Source: Raillietiella orientalis (taxonomy: Eukaryota). From it: 64,000 bases of DNA. Location: the NCBI GenBank assembly GCA_036172245.1, contig JAYWIR010000038.1, forward strand, positions 806,001 to 870,000, in the 5' to 3' direction. The notes beneath the pieces are model-generated. The model saw only the letters and a list, made by a program, of their open reading frames with translations, was not told the origin of the DNA and ran no database searches. A program made the translations under genes and the position numbers. Each line of letters opens with the position of its first letter. Position 1 is the stretch's first letter. This document shows, one piece after another, positions 24,631-37,501 of this stretch.

Positions 24631-26282
24631 TCTTGCCGTGCTGGCCAGAGCGCATCCACTGCGCACAGAGACCTCGCTTGCGGTGCACAACGCTTACCGG
24701 GAGCAGGCATCCCGTGAGTGCCTCGCGCGTCTCTGCTCAGGAGAGACCCCCGAGAGAGAGGGCGCTTCCCCTACTCGGGAATTCCTTCCAGCCCCGGTGC
24801 CGGCGCCTCTTGGGGCTTCCGTCTGAGTTTTTTGGTGCGCCCGATGGAAGAAGAGGCAGAAGACATGGATGGCAACCCTCGGGGTTCGGGGGAGACGCGC
24901 CGGAACGATCTCGAGGCGTGTGGGCGCTTCCTTCCCCACGTGGTCGTCGACTCCCCGGTCCCACGACGCGTGGATGTGAGTCCGCCAGGCTCCGTTCTGG
25001 GTCGAGGAGAAAATCACGCGGGGTCGAGGTTCGATCTGGAGCGAGTCTCGCCACGAGAACGCTCCCATCGGTCAGCTGTTATAGAATGGAGTTTGAAGGA
25101 GGCTTGTCAAATCCAGACTGAGGAAGGACCCATGCCGGGAAGGGGTGTGTGTCGTGGGTTTCGAAGCCCCTTCCCTCCGCATGATGAAGCTGGCTGGCCC
25201 ACGGGCTTCGGTGTGATACTGGTGGGACGCGCGTGCGCGTCAGAAACCTGCTGATCCCGTTGACCGTCTGGGTCAACGTCTGGGATTGGAAGTTGACTCT
25301 CCTAGGTCTTTCTAGGAGTCACGGAGCCTCAAGGTTTTCCTTCACTTGTGCAAGCATAGCCGCCCTCTTTTCCCTCCACTTTCTCCTACTCCAAAGGGGA
25401 ACCCTTTATCGCGATCCATGGAGCTGGTTGGAACCCCCCGCGGGAGCTCCTCTCCAGAGTGTCGGAAGAGCGATGCTCCCATTGGGAAGCACCCTTCAAG
25501 GGAGTGAAAAAGGGGCGTCCCCCACGAACTAAAGGGTACCCCAGAAGACAACCAGTGGGAGGGGAGTTCTCTTCAGGGTTCCCTTCCAAGATTCAGAGAG
25601 GAACAGACTCCTTCCTCCAGGGTTTCCCCGGATGAATCGGAGTTACCCCTTGACCGAGTCGCACGCACCCTCGGGTGGTGTGAAAGAGCTCAGAGGGTCC
25701 CCCGTCGGACCTCCTCGGTGCCCCCTCTCCCCTTGAGGTGGTTGACGGCTCTTCTGGACTTCTTGAGAACCAAAAAAAACGAAAACTCTCCAAAGGGCCG
25801 CAGACCCCGGCTGTCTCGAGCACCTCAGACGCGTCCTCACTACCGCGAGAATTCGACAGGTTCCTCAGCCTCCTTCTCGACTGATGATGATGAGGAGACG
25901 CTGGAGGCGGCGGCGAAGAGGACGGACAAGAGACGTGGATGCTTCCTCTTTCCCTCTGACCTTCGAGGGGGAAGCGTCCATTACTCCGGGGCTTCCCATC
26001 GACCGGGAGGAGCCCGCTTCCTTTCAAGGAGCAGTCCATCCGAGGGCGCTTCAAGAAAAGGGGAAGGAACGGAGTGTGGACGGGCGAGTCGAGGTCCACG
26101 AAGCGCACCAGAGACAGACGCTCTCGCGGAGGTCTCCCGTCGGCTACAGTGCCGTCCAGCTCTGTTAGAAGCTCCCGGAAAACTACCTCTTTCCACCCTC
26201 CCTGCTTCCCCATCCTGCAGGCTCAGAAGCGTTCCTCTCCCCGATCTTTTTCAGGATCCGTGAAAGAGTCCCGGAGGCAATC

Positions 26283-29200
26283 ATGGAAGAGTCCAAGCAC
26301 TATCGGTCCGTCCTTCACAACACGGGATACAAAATCATCTTCAGCAGGAGATACGGAAACTGCAAGTGAGTTTAGTTCCGGAATGAGAGTGAGTCCTCGC
26401 GAGTCCGCGAGATGCTTCCTCCTCTTCCCTTCCTCCTCCTTTCCTCCTTTTCTCTTCCTCCTCTTCCTTTTCTTCTCCTCCTCTTTTTAATCTACTTTTT
26501 TCTCCTTGCTCTTTGGTGGAGAGGTAACGACCACCAGCGAGAGAGGAGGAATGCTCCTCCAATCCTTCTTCCCCTCGTCTCCCAACCCTCCTCAACCTTC
26601 GTCTCCATATCGACTTCCGGGTCCGTCCGGCTCGCTCCGGGAGACGCGCCCGCCCGTCTCGACTCTTCTTCCAGGAGGGTCACGTGGTTCTGCATCGTCA
26701 GCGTGTGTGTAGCGCTGACGGCGTCGCAGGTGAAGCAGTACATCCGGCGCTACATGCACCACCCTACTCGCGCCAAGGAGAATCTCGTCCTCCGCCAGAA
26801 CCTGACCTTCCCGGACCTCGTCGTCTGTCCTCAGTAAGTTGCGCACGCGACGCCCCTCTTCGGGGAGGCTCCTCTTTTGAGGGGCGCCCTCACTGCCCCA
26901 CTCTTCCGATGGGTGTTCTTCACACGCTACCCTTTCCGGGGAGAGACCGGCTAGCCCCTGGGGGAGAGGAGGGGGAAGGAGAAGGCGCCGGGGTGGCTTT
27001 GGAAGAGGAGTGCGTGGAAGGGGGGGTGCAGAGAAGAGGGTCCAAGGAATCGCCTCCCACCTCATTCTCCCGGTCACCGTCCTGACGAAGAAGGACGATC
27101 AACCGATCGACCGAGCAGGGCCGGAGGACGACCCGGCGAGAGCAGGAGGAGACCGGGGGAGGGAGAAAGAGGTCACTGACGAAGGGAACCCTTCCTCGTT
27201 TCCGCCTCGGGGGCAACGGATGATCGTCAGGCCCTCAGGAGGTGCACAGGTCTGCAGGGAGTCGGCGTCTACCGCCCAAGGTAGGAAGTCTCGAGGAGGG
27301 CACGGTGAGGGTGCAGCCGGGCATCCCGACCACTTCTTCTGCACCTTTTCTTCCCTCCCTCCTTCCCACAGCAGGGCCGACCACAAGAGGAAGCTGGAGG
27401 AAACGTGGGGATTGTACAGGCGCGGAAAGGCTCCTCTGAACATCACTGTGGCAACCGCCCTCCTGCTGCAGAACGTTAGCCTGGAGAGACTGTGGGAGCA
27501 CTTGAGCTACCATCCGAGGGAATACCTGAGGAAGGTAAGGAGGGGAACCTCTCTGGAGGTCCTTCCAAAGACAGCCCCCTCTCCGGGGAGGGGGGCCAGC
27601 AGTGCAGGTTCGACGGGAGATTCGACTGTATCGGGAAGGACAACGACAGGTACTGGAAGAGACAGACCAGCATCCTGGGTCCGTGCCAGCGGTTCCACTC
27701 AGGTACGACGCTCCCTTCCACCCTCACTTGAAGCTCCTCTACTCTATCTCCATTCCCTGCTTTCATCATTCTCTACTCTCTTACCGGTCTCCCGGTTGGC
27801 CACGGCCGCAGTCGGTGCTTTGCCGGGATGCCAGTGCTTCTTCCCTTCCAGGAGGTGGTGGAGACCCACCCTTAGAGAAGGGACCAGGGGAAAATAAACG
27901 GAGCCAACGGCATCAAGCAAGAAAGAAGGGTGGCGGCTGCCGAAACGGTGGTGGGGGATATTCACTAAGAATTGCGGACGGATGAGGGCGGAGCCCGCAA
28001 ACGATGGGACCTCTGCTCAGCATCCTCCTCCCTCAAGACCGAATGGAGGGTGCTGACCAACGGAGATGCCCGCGGATGAGCGCTTCGTTTTGCGTTTGAT
28101 AAGCGCGACTGTCCTCACCCATCCCCTTTCCTCACTCTCCTTTTGCTTTCCGTTTACTGCGCATGACGATGGAGAAGACGTATCCCTTATGGGGTGCTCC
28201 GGGAGTGGTCGATTTTCGAGAGGAGGGGGAGGGAGAAATGAGATCACTGCCGTAAAAGCTTCTGAGGAAGAGCTGTGCCCCTGCCTCATAGCTCCGGAGG
28301 TCCTTGGGCGTGCTTTGCCTGAGACCCCCGCTCTTTGCGCGACAGTCACCCCCTCTTTCCAGCAGATATTTCCATCGGGAATGTCCGAGTACTTCGGATG
28401 GAGTCCAGAAATCCCATGGCTGTCTCGGTGACCGGATCTCCTGGATCTCCGAAGGCAGTGGCAGCCAAGACGTTAGGCCCCTTCTTTCTCCCTTTCCTCC
28501 CTGGAAGCTGCCACTCCTCGTGACCACGGCTAAGTCGTTTTTATCCCCACTGCTTCCCCTCGGGGCTGCAAAACTTCCCCAGGAGGTCGACAGACGGACG
28601 GATGCTCCTCCACGTCTTCCTCCTGTCTTCCTCCTCTCCCATGCTTTCCTCTCTCTCCTGAAGGTGGAGAGGGTGGCGCAATTAAGTACAACATAACCGC
28701 CGAACAAAACTCGGCGGATATCATCAAATACTCACCTCCTCCTCTTCTCTTTCCTTCCTCCTCCTCCCTTCCTCCTTTTCCTTTACCATCCACCGTCAAC
28801 AGTAGCAGAGGTTCTTGGTAGGGAAGATGACCCCGCTGCCTCTTTGCAGAAGATCCCGTGACCCTGTGGGGACCGAGGCTGTCCGGACTGCAGCTCCTCT
28901 TCGACACCAAGTCGACGGGCATCAGAACGTGGATTGTATGCAAGCGCGAGCGCCGCAAGGGGAAAGGAAGGAGGGGGAGGCAGGGGACCCTGAGGGAGTG
29001 ACGGGGGCTGTCTGATTCTGGCGTCCTCCTTTCCCAGGTGCTGGTGCTGTCGGCGGTAGACGACAGCACCAGCAACCTCAAGGTGGTGGCCTTCCCAATC
29101 AGGACGTACACGGACCACACGACCGTGCACACGATCGTGCCCATCGTGCAGCGCAGCTACTACGAGATCAACCGATGGAATCGCCGCTGCCTCCCGAAGC

Positions 29201-30453
29201 AGTCCTACGTCAAGTCGGCTTGCGAGTCCACCTGCTTCCAGCGGCTGCTTCTCAACAGCAGCGGGTGCAGGTCGGTAGCGTCCTAGCCCAACCTTCTCGC
29301 CCGGCCTCCTCCTCCTCACGTCAGGCAAGGACTTATGGGACGGGGGTGGGACGTTCCTTCACGCCCGAGGGAAAGGAGTGGTGACGGGTGGAGGGGCGAA
29401 GAGGTGTACCCACATCCGTGTCGTTCCTCTCTTACAAGAGCTCTTCGTGCTGTGGGAACGTAACTGGGGGACCATGGGAGCGAGGAGGATCCCGAATCCG
29501 CCTTGGAGACTTCAGGGGGGGATGTCGCCGCCGCTTCGCGGGTTGAGCCATGGGACGGCCGCCATCGCTTTCTCGAGGGGTCATCTCCTCTCAGGGGGAA
29601 ATGGGTCCCGGCTTCCTGAAGGCAGGAGTCGTCCTGCTCCCTCGGAGGGAGGGAGGATGCACTGCCCCACCCGGATGTGCGCTCGCCAAGGACCTCCAAG
29701 TCGGGAGGAAGGGCAAGCCTCTCGCTGGCTCGAAAAGAGCGGTAATGGAGCAGGAAACCTCCGGTATGCCATCCTCTCTCCCTCCCACCCCGCCCGCAGG
29801 GAGGAAGGACAGCCTTCCCCGTTCTCAGGATGCCTCCCCTCCTTTCCGGGCCTCATTCCAACTCCCACCTCCTTCGACTCTTCTTTCCAGGCTTCTCCTC
29901 CTCCTCCTCTACCCTCCCCCACGTGCACTTCCACCTTTCCTCCCGTAGGCTGCCCTACATGATCCACGTGTCGGGGAGGCTTTGCACCTCGCCCGAGGAG
30001 ACGCTGCGCGCCCTGCACATCCAGAACACCCTGCTGAACGGTCAGCTGCACTTGGAGGACTGCGACTGCCCGGACGCCTGCAATTGGGTAAGGCGCAGCA
30101 GCGCCTCCCTCCGCCATCCAGCGTCCTTTCCAGAGGTTCTACGGGGTCAAGTTCGACGTCACCCACACTCCGGGGCCCAACGTGAACTACGCCAAGGTGA
30201 GAACGGGAGGGGTGGAGGAGGCGAAGGGCCAGGAGACCACGCCCCGCCGCTACTCCCCATCCCCTCCCAGATCTTCTACAACGACCTGTTCGAGACGGTC
30301 ATCGAGGAAGTGTACGTATACGACCTGTACTCCTTGGCCTCCGACATGGGAGGCATCATCGGCATCCTCCTGGGGGCGTCCGTCCTCACGCTGTACGAGG
30401 GAATCGACCTCCTCCTGGTCTACCTGTGCAGGAAGATCTCCAGAAGGCACTAG
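26283..30453 (+). CDS. DEG/ENaC (amiloride-sensitive sodium channel, pickpocket/ASIC family) subunit 1, about 403 aa, 9 exons
   Basis: Exons 26283-26365, 26675-26833 (RVTWFCIVSVCVAL TM1; LTFPDLVVCP), 27372-27534, 27600/27603-27702 (CRFDGRFDC..LGPCQRFHS), 28850-28935 (SGLQLLFD), 29038-29270 (CESTC), 29949-30087 (CDCPDAC), 30134-30196 and 30271-30453 (SLASDMGGIIGILLGASVLTLYE, TM2 with GAS). All GT-AG, phases consistent, no internal stop. Confidence 0.92.
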
Positions 30454-31685
30454 GAGGGAGAGGAAGCATTAAACTGGGGGGGCGCGCACACCATCCTCCA
30501 CTCCTCTGTTGCATGCGGGGTCTTCAGGGGCAGGGTGGAGGGGGAGGGACCACCCTCGACGTCGTGCCCCAGTGGATCCCGGAGGAGCCGGAAGGGAGGA
30601 GGGAGCAGCGGCAGGGAGATGAGGGCACAGTGCCGAACGGCCGAGGAAAGAGGGAAGGGTGAGGGGAGAGGCTGAATCGCCTCGCCCTCTCGTTTCCTCT
30701 CCTGCCCCACCGCCCGCAGGGGAAGGGGATGCCGCGTGATCCCGGAACTTGGGAGGAGGAGGAGGAAGAAGAGGTGGAAGCGGCCGCCTCCTCCTAATGA
30801 TCCCGAGGGGAAGGGGGCAGGGGAGAAGGGAATGGGTCGCTCCCCGACCTGACCCCCTCCTCGTTTTCGCTCTTGCGCGCGGAACGGGAGAACGGGCCTC
30901 CTCCCGAGAGTAGGGTCGGGGGTGGGGTGGGAGGCCTCTAAGAGGCAAAGGAGGAGGGATGGAGATCGTCAGCGGAGCGTCATCCACGTCTCCTCCCCTC
31001 TCTCACACTCCCTACTCATCCCAGAGGAACAAGAGGGTGAGGGAGGAAAAGAAACCTCCTTCTCTTCTGCGCCTCCTCTCCTCCCGCTCCATTTCTGCTC
31101 CTAAGAGGACCACCTCCTCTTCAGAAGAGGCTGGTAGAACGACAGCGGGAACCCTGGGGCGAATCGGCGAGCAGCTGGGACGGGCACGGCTGCATTAAGG
31201 AGGAGAGGAACACCTCTCTCCTCAAGAGAGACGATCCTGAGGACTCCTCGGGGACTGTGAAGGGGAGCAGAGGGGAGGAAACTCCCTCTCACCATAAACG
31301 TCTTACTGCTGCTGTCGGGGCGAGTCGTTCCCTGAGGAGGCGACCTCCCTATCGTCCCAGTTGCTGTGCGGGACACTGCGTCCAAGCGGCGGGAACGTGG
31401 GAGATGGGGAGGTTGAGGGGAGGGGGTGAAGGCACGCCGCATGGCACCGCAGCTCCCTCCCTCTGCTCAGAGGTGCAGGGGGAGGGATTCTCCCTTGCTC
31501 CTTTCCACCCTCTCTTCCTCTTCCTCTCTGAACCGGGGGCGCGCACCATCGGGAAGGGTGGCAGGCAGCGGGAAGAGGAAGGGCAAGGGTCTTCGGGGGA
31601 GACGCATCTTCCTCTCGCTCTCTCCGTTCCCGGGGCAGCAGCTGGAAGGAGGGAGGATCCGTGGCCATAGCAGCGCAGAATAACC

Positions 31686-34600
31686 ATGGAACCACTACCC
31701 CTACGCGACGGCAGAGGCCCCCGCAAGGCGTTGCTCCGGAAGGACCCCTCCAGGAGAAGCGTCTGTCGAGTGGCCGTCCCTGTGCTGTGCTGCCTGGCGC
31801 TCATCGCCTTCCTCGGGGAGCGGTTGTCCCTCTACTTCCTGCAGCAGACCTTCATTGACCTCAGGCAGCACGTTGCCTTCAAGCAGATCGCCCCCAAGTT
31901 CACCATCTGCGGGCACCGCTACAGGGACAAGGGGTGAGTCCCCCCTCTTCCCCTCCTCATCCCGGGGTCGGAGTCACCTGGCCGGGAGGAGACGTCGGGC
32001 AGGGGAGCGGCCGGAGACCTCTTACGGGAGTAAGAGGGCATCGCCTTCCTCGAGCGCTTCCTCGCCTCCGGAGCCGCCAGGGGATTTCCCCTCTCCACCC
32101 CCCTCTGCAGACTGTCGAGCGGGTCCACAACCTGGGACTCCCACCGGAGTCCGACCGCTCTCTCTCCCCGGGAAGTCCTCCTCGGGACGCGGCCCGGGAG
32201 CTGAGCCACTCTTCCTCCGGGAGGGATGCACCCTCCCTCCCTTGCCCTCGCTCCACCATCCCGGCGTCTCCCAGTTCGTCCTTCCTCCACCGCGAAGCGG
32301 CGCGTTCCCGGTGTTCCCGCTGTGTCCCCGCGCAGGGAGGGAGGCATCCTGTACTTCCTGAACTACACGAGGCTGGAGGAGCTCTGGAGCCGCCACTTCC
32401 GCAACGCATCGCGACCGAGAGGTGGCAGCGGCACGAGATGGACCTACGACGCCATGGCTTACGAGTTGTCCGGGAAGATGGGAGTGCTGCTCCTCTGGGA
32501 GAAGGCCAAGCTGGACATCCACCGCCTGATTTCCAAGGTAGGCGGGGAGAGAGCTTCCGCATCCCGGCGCCACGTGGGAGCCCCTTCCCGCTTAGTGCAC
32601 CGTCCTCAAGCGGCCGTGCCACGAAGTGGGGACCTTCCAGGAAGTGGCCACCTTCCAGGGCTTTTGCGTCCAGTTCTACCCGGGGAATATAGACGCCCTC
32701 AACTTCTACAGCAGGATGACCATCGAATTCGGTAAGGCCGGCTCCACCCTGGGTGGGCTTCCCAGGAATCTCTACCCCCACCCCTTCCCCCCTCCCCTCC
32801 ACCCCAAGGACGCGCCCTCCGCTCACCCTGCCAGCCACGCCGCGGTGCTGTCCCCGTGGCTCAGGCCCCCTGTCCTTTCCAGACTCGTCGCTCATGAACC
32901 CGGCTCAGAAGCTCATACTGGACTTCATCGGACAGCCCCACTTCGACACCGTGGACCTCCTGATCACTTTCCACCCCAGCACTATCCAGCTGGGATACAG
33001 GAAGTCAGTGCTCTTCAAGCTCCACAAGGTGAGATCCTCCTCCTTCCAACGCCCCTACTCGACCCCCTTCCTCCAACGCCGAGGATGACCGCGGGCCCCC
33101 AATGCCGAAAACAGCCTGGCCTGGCTGCGGAAGCCCGTGGTCCCTCGGAATGACTTATGGGAGATGCAAGGGTCTCGGGAGTCCGTTCAACTCTCATCCT
33201 GCAGCCTGCTGCCGCCGCTGCATGCATGAGTGGCCGAGAGGGAGTCTTCCAGAGAACGAACGAAGGGAGAAGGAGGAAGAGAGGATAGAAAAGGGAAGAG
33301 GAAGGGGGAAAGAGAGGGTGGAAAGGAGAAGAAAGGGAGGGAGGAAGAAGGGAAGAAGAGGAGGGGAGAAAGAGGAAGAGGGGCGAGGCTGCTGGATGTT
33401 CCCGTGCCGCCATGCCAAAACGCTATGCCGCCGATGTCGCTGGAAGTTTCTAGCATCGCGACGAATGCCGGGATGATCCGCCTCCCTTCTTGGAGGTGGG
33501 AAAGGAAGATGAGAATGTAGAACCGCTCGCGCACCTCAGCATCTCTCGAGGCGCAGAGAAGGCCAAGGAAGTTCAAAGGGAAGCAGGAAATGGAGCTTTG
33601 TCGGAGAGAAAAGGAGAAGGGAGCATCCTTGCGGAATCTGGAAAGCGTTTTACGCCCTAACAGCGCAGGGAGGGGCCCAAGTGACGCCTCACTTCAATTC
33701 CGCCGAGCGAAGGACGCGGGCGCACCCATCCGGCGCGGAAGGAGATAGAATCGTCGCACCTTTGGTAGCTCCTTCGCTTCTCAGGAGGGACGTCCCTCCT
33801 CCTTCCTTCCCCGTGTGCCGTTCGGAGAGGGAGAGTGAAGATTGAACAGGGGGAAAGGAAGGAGACCGGGGTAAGGAAGGAGGGAGAAACGAAGGAGGAA
33901 AGGGAAGCGGAAGTGCTCCAAGGGCGCCACCCAAGTCATGCGTCGACTCCTTTTGATGATGGCCATGTCGGGATCCCTCCGTCCTTGGCCGTCCAAGCAG
34001 TGGCAGGTCGTGCCTCCGATCACGGAGAGAGGGTACGCAAAGGATCACCGCGTCCCAATGTGTGTGCTCTGAGAGACGGGACTGCTAAGGAAAGGGTGGT
34101 GGACAATGGCGGAGGAGATGTCAACCGCTTCCTGAGGTTGGGGCCGGTAGGAGAAGGGCGCACCCTGTGTCAGGTGCTGTCGAGCCCGGCGCGTAGGTTT
34201 CGACTCGGGGGAGTGCACAGGGTTGGAGGGGAAGGAAGACGGCGGATTCTAAGTGGGCGGAGAGGGCGACCTTTTCAGCGAGTCGCCTGATAGAGATCTG
34301 TCGTGGGGCAATCCCTGTGGGGCCAACCGTCCGACTTCCGCCTTACCCCGAGGTCACTTGCTGCGCCTTGATCTGCTGATGGTTAGCTGCAGCTCCGGAG
34401 AACTCGATGTATCTTCCCGCCCTCCTCCTCCTCTCCTAGGGTCTCTGGACTCCACTCCTGAGTTCCCCTGTACTCCTCGTCCCTAATGCTGCCTCCCCAC
34501 CGTAGTTCGGGACGCTGCCAAGGACGGAGCCCTTCCTTATGGTACCAACCACACCCTTTTTTCCTGGAGAGACTAGACGCCCTGCCCTGAATCCCGGCCC

Positions 34601-37501
34601 AGCCTTTGGCCTTCCCTTCCACTCCCTCTTTTCAGATCTACAACATCCCCCTCGACAGCCACCGGTGCCAGAAGGATGAGAAGGAGACCTTCAGCACCTG
34701 CCTCAACAAATGCTTCAAGCGAGTTATGTACCAGTTCTTCAAGTGCAGGTAAATAAAAGAAGAGGGGGGGGGGGAGCGCCCTGAGGTCTCTGTAGCGCGA
34801 AGGGACGGCCGCTGTTAGCCATTCCTCAAGAAGCCTTGGGCGGTGAGGGGGGGAGGGTTTGCTGTGGGCAATTCTCCGCCCCTTTCTCATGGTGCGCAGC
34901 TCCTCTCTTCGGTCCCTTCGGCCGGAGCAACGGGAAAGAAAAAAAGACTGTTGGGCTGCATCCTGTCTTCCTTGTTCCTCCCTTTTTGGACGATAATGAC
35001 GGTGACGATGACGATAACCATGATGATGACGATGAATTCCATGACGACGACGACGATGATGATGACAACGACTATTATTATGATGACGACGAAGACGGCG
35101 ACGATGACGACGAGGGGACGAAAGAGCTCCTCCCCGTTGGTCCAGAAGCGCTCTCGAAGAACTCTTTTCGCTTCGGAGTCGTCGTCTCTCGGCTAGGGGG
35201 GACGGTTTCCGAAAGTCAGCGAGATAGACGAATAGAGCTGGGGAGAGAGAGGCGAAGTTCTTCCGGCGTCTCCTTCCCATTTCACCTAACTACCCCACCC
35301 CCACTTCCAACTGCGGCGCTTCAGAAACTCCATATTGCTCCGCGTCCGTTTCCCGGCGACACCCTGACTAGGCCCCGCGCCTGTGCTTCCAGGATGCCGT
35401 ACATGCACGACATCCGCGAAGGGCCTCTCTGCAACTCTTCCGAGGTCTACAGGAGGATCACCGATTTCGAGATCAAGATGTGCGACAAGGGGTTCGCCAA
35501 TACCATCATCAAGGCGTGCGGTTGCCCTCAGGCGTGCAACTACTTGTACTACACCTTCTCGGGAGTTTCTGTCAAGCTGCAGAACGAGCAATCCCTGGAG
35601 TTCTCCGTGAGTAGATGATCCACTCCCCCCCGACCCTTCGCCTCGCCCTGTTTCGCACTGCCCGCCCTTCCAGCTGTACTTCGCCGACGTCTTCTACGAC
35701 GAGCAGCACGAATACGCGTTCTACAGCGGCCTGGACCTAGTCGCCGACTTGTCTTCCATCGTCGAGCTCATCCTGGGCATCTCCCGTGAGTGTTCGCTAC
35801 GGAACCGGAACCCTATCTTCCAGGTCCAAAGCGGACTTTGCAGCTTGCCTCATTCGGAGCAGCCTTGCACGCTGGGGAAGGGGAAAGGGGGCGCAGGAGG
35901 AGAGACACCGGAGTTCCTAAGCAACTCTTTTCCCGTGTCCCGGCTCTCTCTCGGACGCAAAGTGATCAGCGCGTGTCCGTTCGGAAAAGATCCTGTTCGA
36001 TCAACCGTATCAGCTTCCTTTCGGAGCTGGCTGACCTCCCGATCTCCATGAATTCTTCAGGATTTGCCCTCGAGCAAGCCAATTTTGTTTCCTGTTTTTT
36101 TTCCTCCATTCGGTGAAACGATATCGTTGTTTTGTACAAAGAGAAGAAAACGATGCAGCGGATGTGAATCCTGGCGAATAGCTTGACGATGTGGTCTGGT
36201 TATGCAGCAACATAGTACGATGAGTAGCATCAAGGCGAAGACATGCGGGATGCAGGACGAAACAGCGCTGACCATTGAGAGCAGGCCGGAAAGAAAACAA
36301 AAAAAAACCGCGTTGGCTGCCGTGTAGCTGCTGCTGTCCCCACGCTTGGCGCCAGGCTCTGCAGGTTCGAATCCCCCCCACGGAAGAGTCGACGCCAAGA
36401 ATGGAGGGAAGGGGGAGTCGCGTGCTACGAGCCCCTCTCCCCGCAGGATGAAGCCGGTTGGCCGCATTTGGATTCGGTTGAGGCAACTGGTGGAAGCCGG
36501 AAACCCCCGGATGCCCCCCCCGTTGACTGGCCGGAAGCAGAAGTTGACCCTCCGAGGTCATCCTTACAGGAATCAAGGAGACGGTTTCCTTCGGGGTTCT
36601 TTCCCTAGCATTGTGTTCCTCCGGTTGTGAAGAGGGAGCCGTACCATCGCGAGCCATGGAGTTGGTTGACAGCCCCCTTTGGGGCGATGCCTCTCCAGAG
36701 TGTGAAGACGAAGCGCGCTGCTCTCTTCAGGGAGCACCCTTCAGAGAAATGGGGAAGTGTCGCTTCGGGGTTCTCTTCGAAGGAGGAAAGAAGAGAAGTC
36801 CCCATCCGGAGAGTCCTTCCGGAGAGAACAAGGAAGGGGGGTTCCCTGCCTACCCCAAGAGGACGGACTTTTTCATCCGGAGCCTTAATGGGTTCATTGG
36901 ATGGTCCCTCCGGGATCACCCTCTGACTTGAGTCACATGCACCCCCGGGTGGCGTGGACAGCGTTAAAGAAGAGTTTCGTGCGCTCTCCCTGAGGAGACG
37001 GACGGCTCTTCAGCACTCCTTGAGGACCAAACCAAAGAGAAAAAAAAAAAAAAGCTGGAAGGAGAGCAGCGAAAGCAGAAAGACCCCAAAGCATTTTCAC
37101 CATCCTAAAAAAGAAAAAAGAAACCGGCCTGCTAAAGCATGCCCCAGGCAAATTCAGATGCGCTCTGAATTATCAGTGCTTTGACGACGAAAAGGCAGAA
37201 GAACCTCGTACAGTTGCGAACTCTGCACTGCAAGCTGAGCTTAGCGGTACCGAGTCTCTCCGCGTATCCACGAACAACGAAAGGTGGGAATAGCATTTCC
37301 GGGTATCGGATTCGATGTGCGATATCGCTCGTCCGTCTCAAAAGTTCACTGCGGGGTGGCGCACCCAATCAATTCACTCACAACTTCTTCGCTCTTCTTC
37401 CAGTCATGGGGATCATGGGTACCGTCTTCCTCGTTCCTCGCCACCTGAGAAACCTGAAGCAAGCTTTATCGAAGCTCTCGAAGAGTGCGCCGACGTCCTG
37501 A
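31686..37501 (+). CDS. DEG/ENaC family subunit 2, divergent, about 422 aa, 8 exons
   Basis: Exons 31686-31933 (TM1 VAVPVLCCLALIAFL; APKFTICG), 32336-32537, 32596-32731 (CTVLKRPC..FQGFCVQF), 32883-33028, 34636-34748 (CLNKC..KCR), 35393-35606 (MPYM..CGCPQAC), 35674-35785 (LVADLSSIVELILGIS) and 37404-37501 (LMGIMGTVFLV..stop; strong pyrimidine acceptor, phase matches). The last exon is inferred. Confidence 0.85.
33255..33385. repeat. Polypurine (GA-rich) tract
   Basis: Nearly pure G/A run in an intron of channel 2. Similar purine or pyrimidine tracts occur at 24385-24485, 26415-26490 and 47545-47670. Confidence 0.85.
34989..35113. repeat. (GAT/GAC)n degenerate trinucleotide microsatellite
   Basis: gacgataatgac...gatgatgacgac...gacgacgag within an intron of channel 2. 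Confidence 0.9.

Noticed and set aside
31957..32895. 312-aa minus-strand ORF and other long Pro/Arg/Gly-rich ORFs at 18-37 kb (e.g. 19984-20757, 27010-27897, 31934-32692)
   Set aside because: These are stop-poor GC-rich DNA, antisense shadows or intron read-through of channel exons, with no independent domain signal.
34836..35392. Poly-Asp ORF in frame with exon 6 of channel 2
   Set aside because: It derives from a (GAY)n microsatellite in an intron; the canonical 34748/35393 splice already restores the CRMPYM motif.
35786..36116. Alternative C-termini of channel 2 by read-through or an acceptor at 35823
   Set aside because: Both give hydrophilic sequence directly after GIS and would not complete TM2; exon 37404-37501 does.
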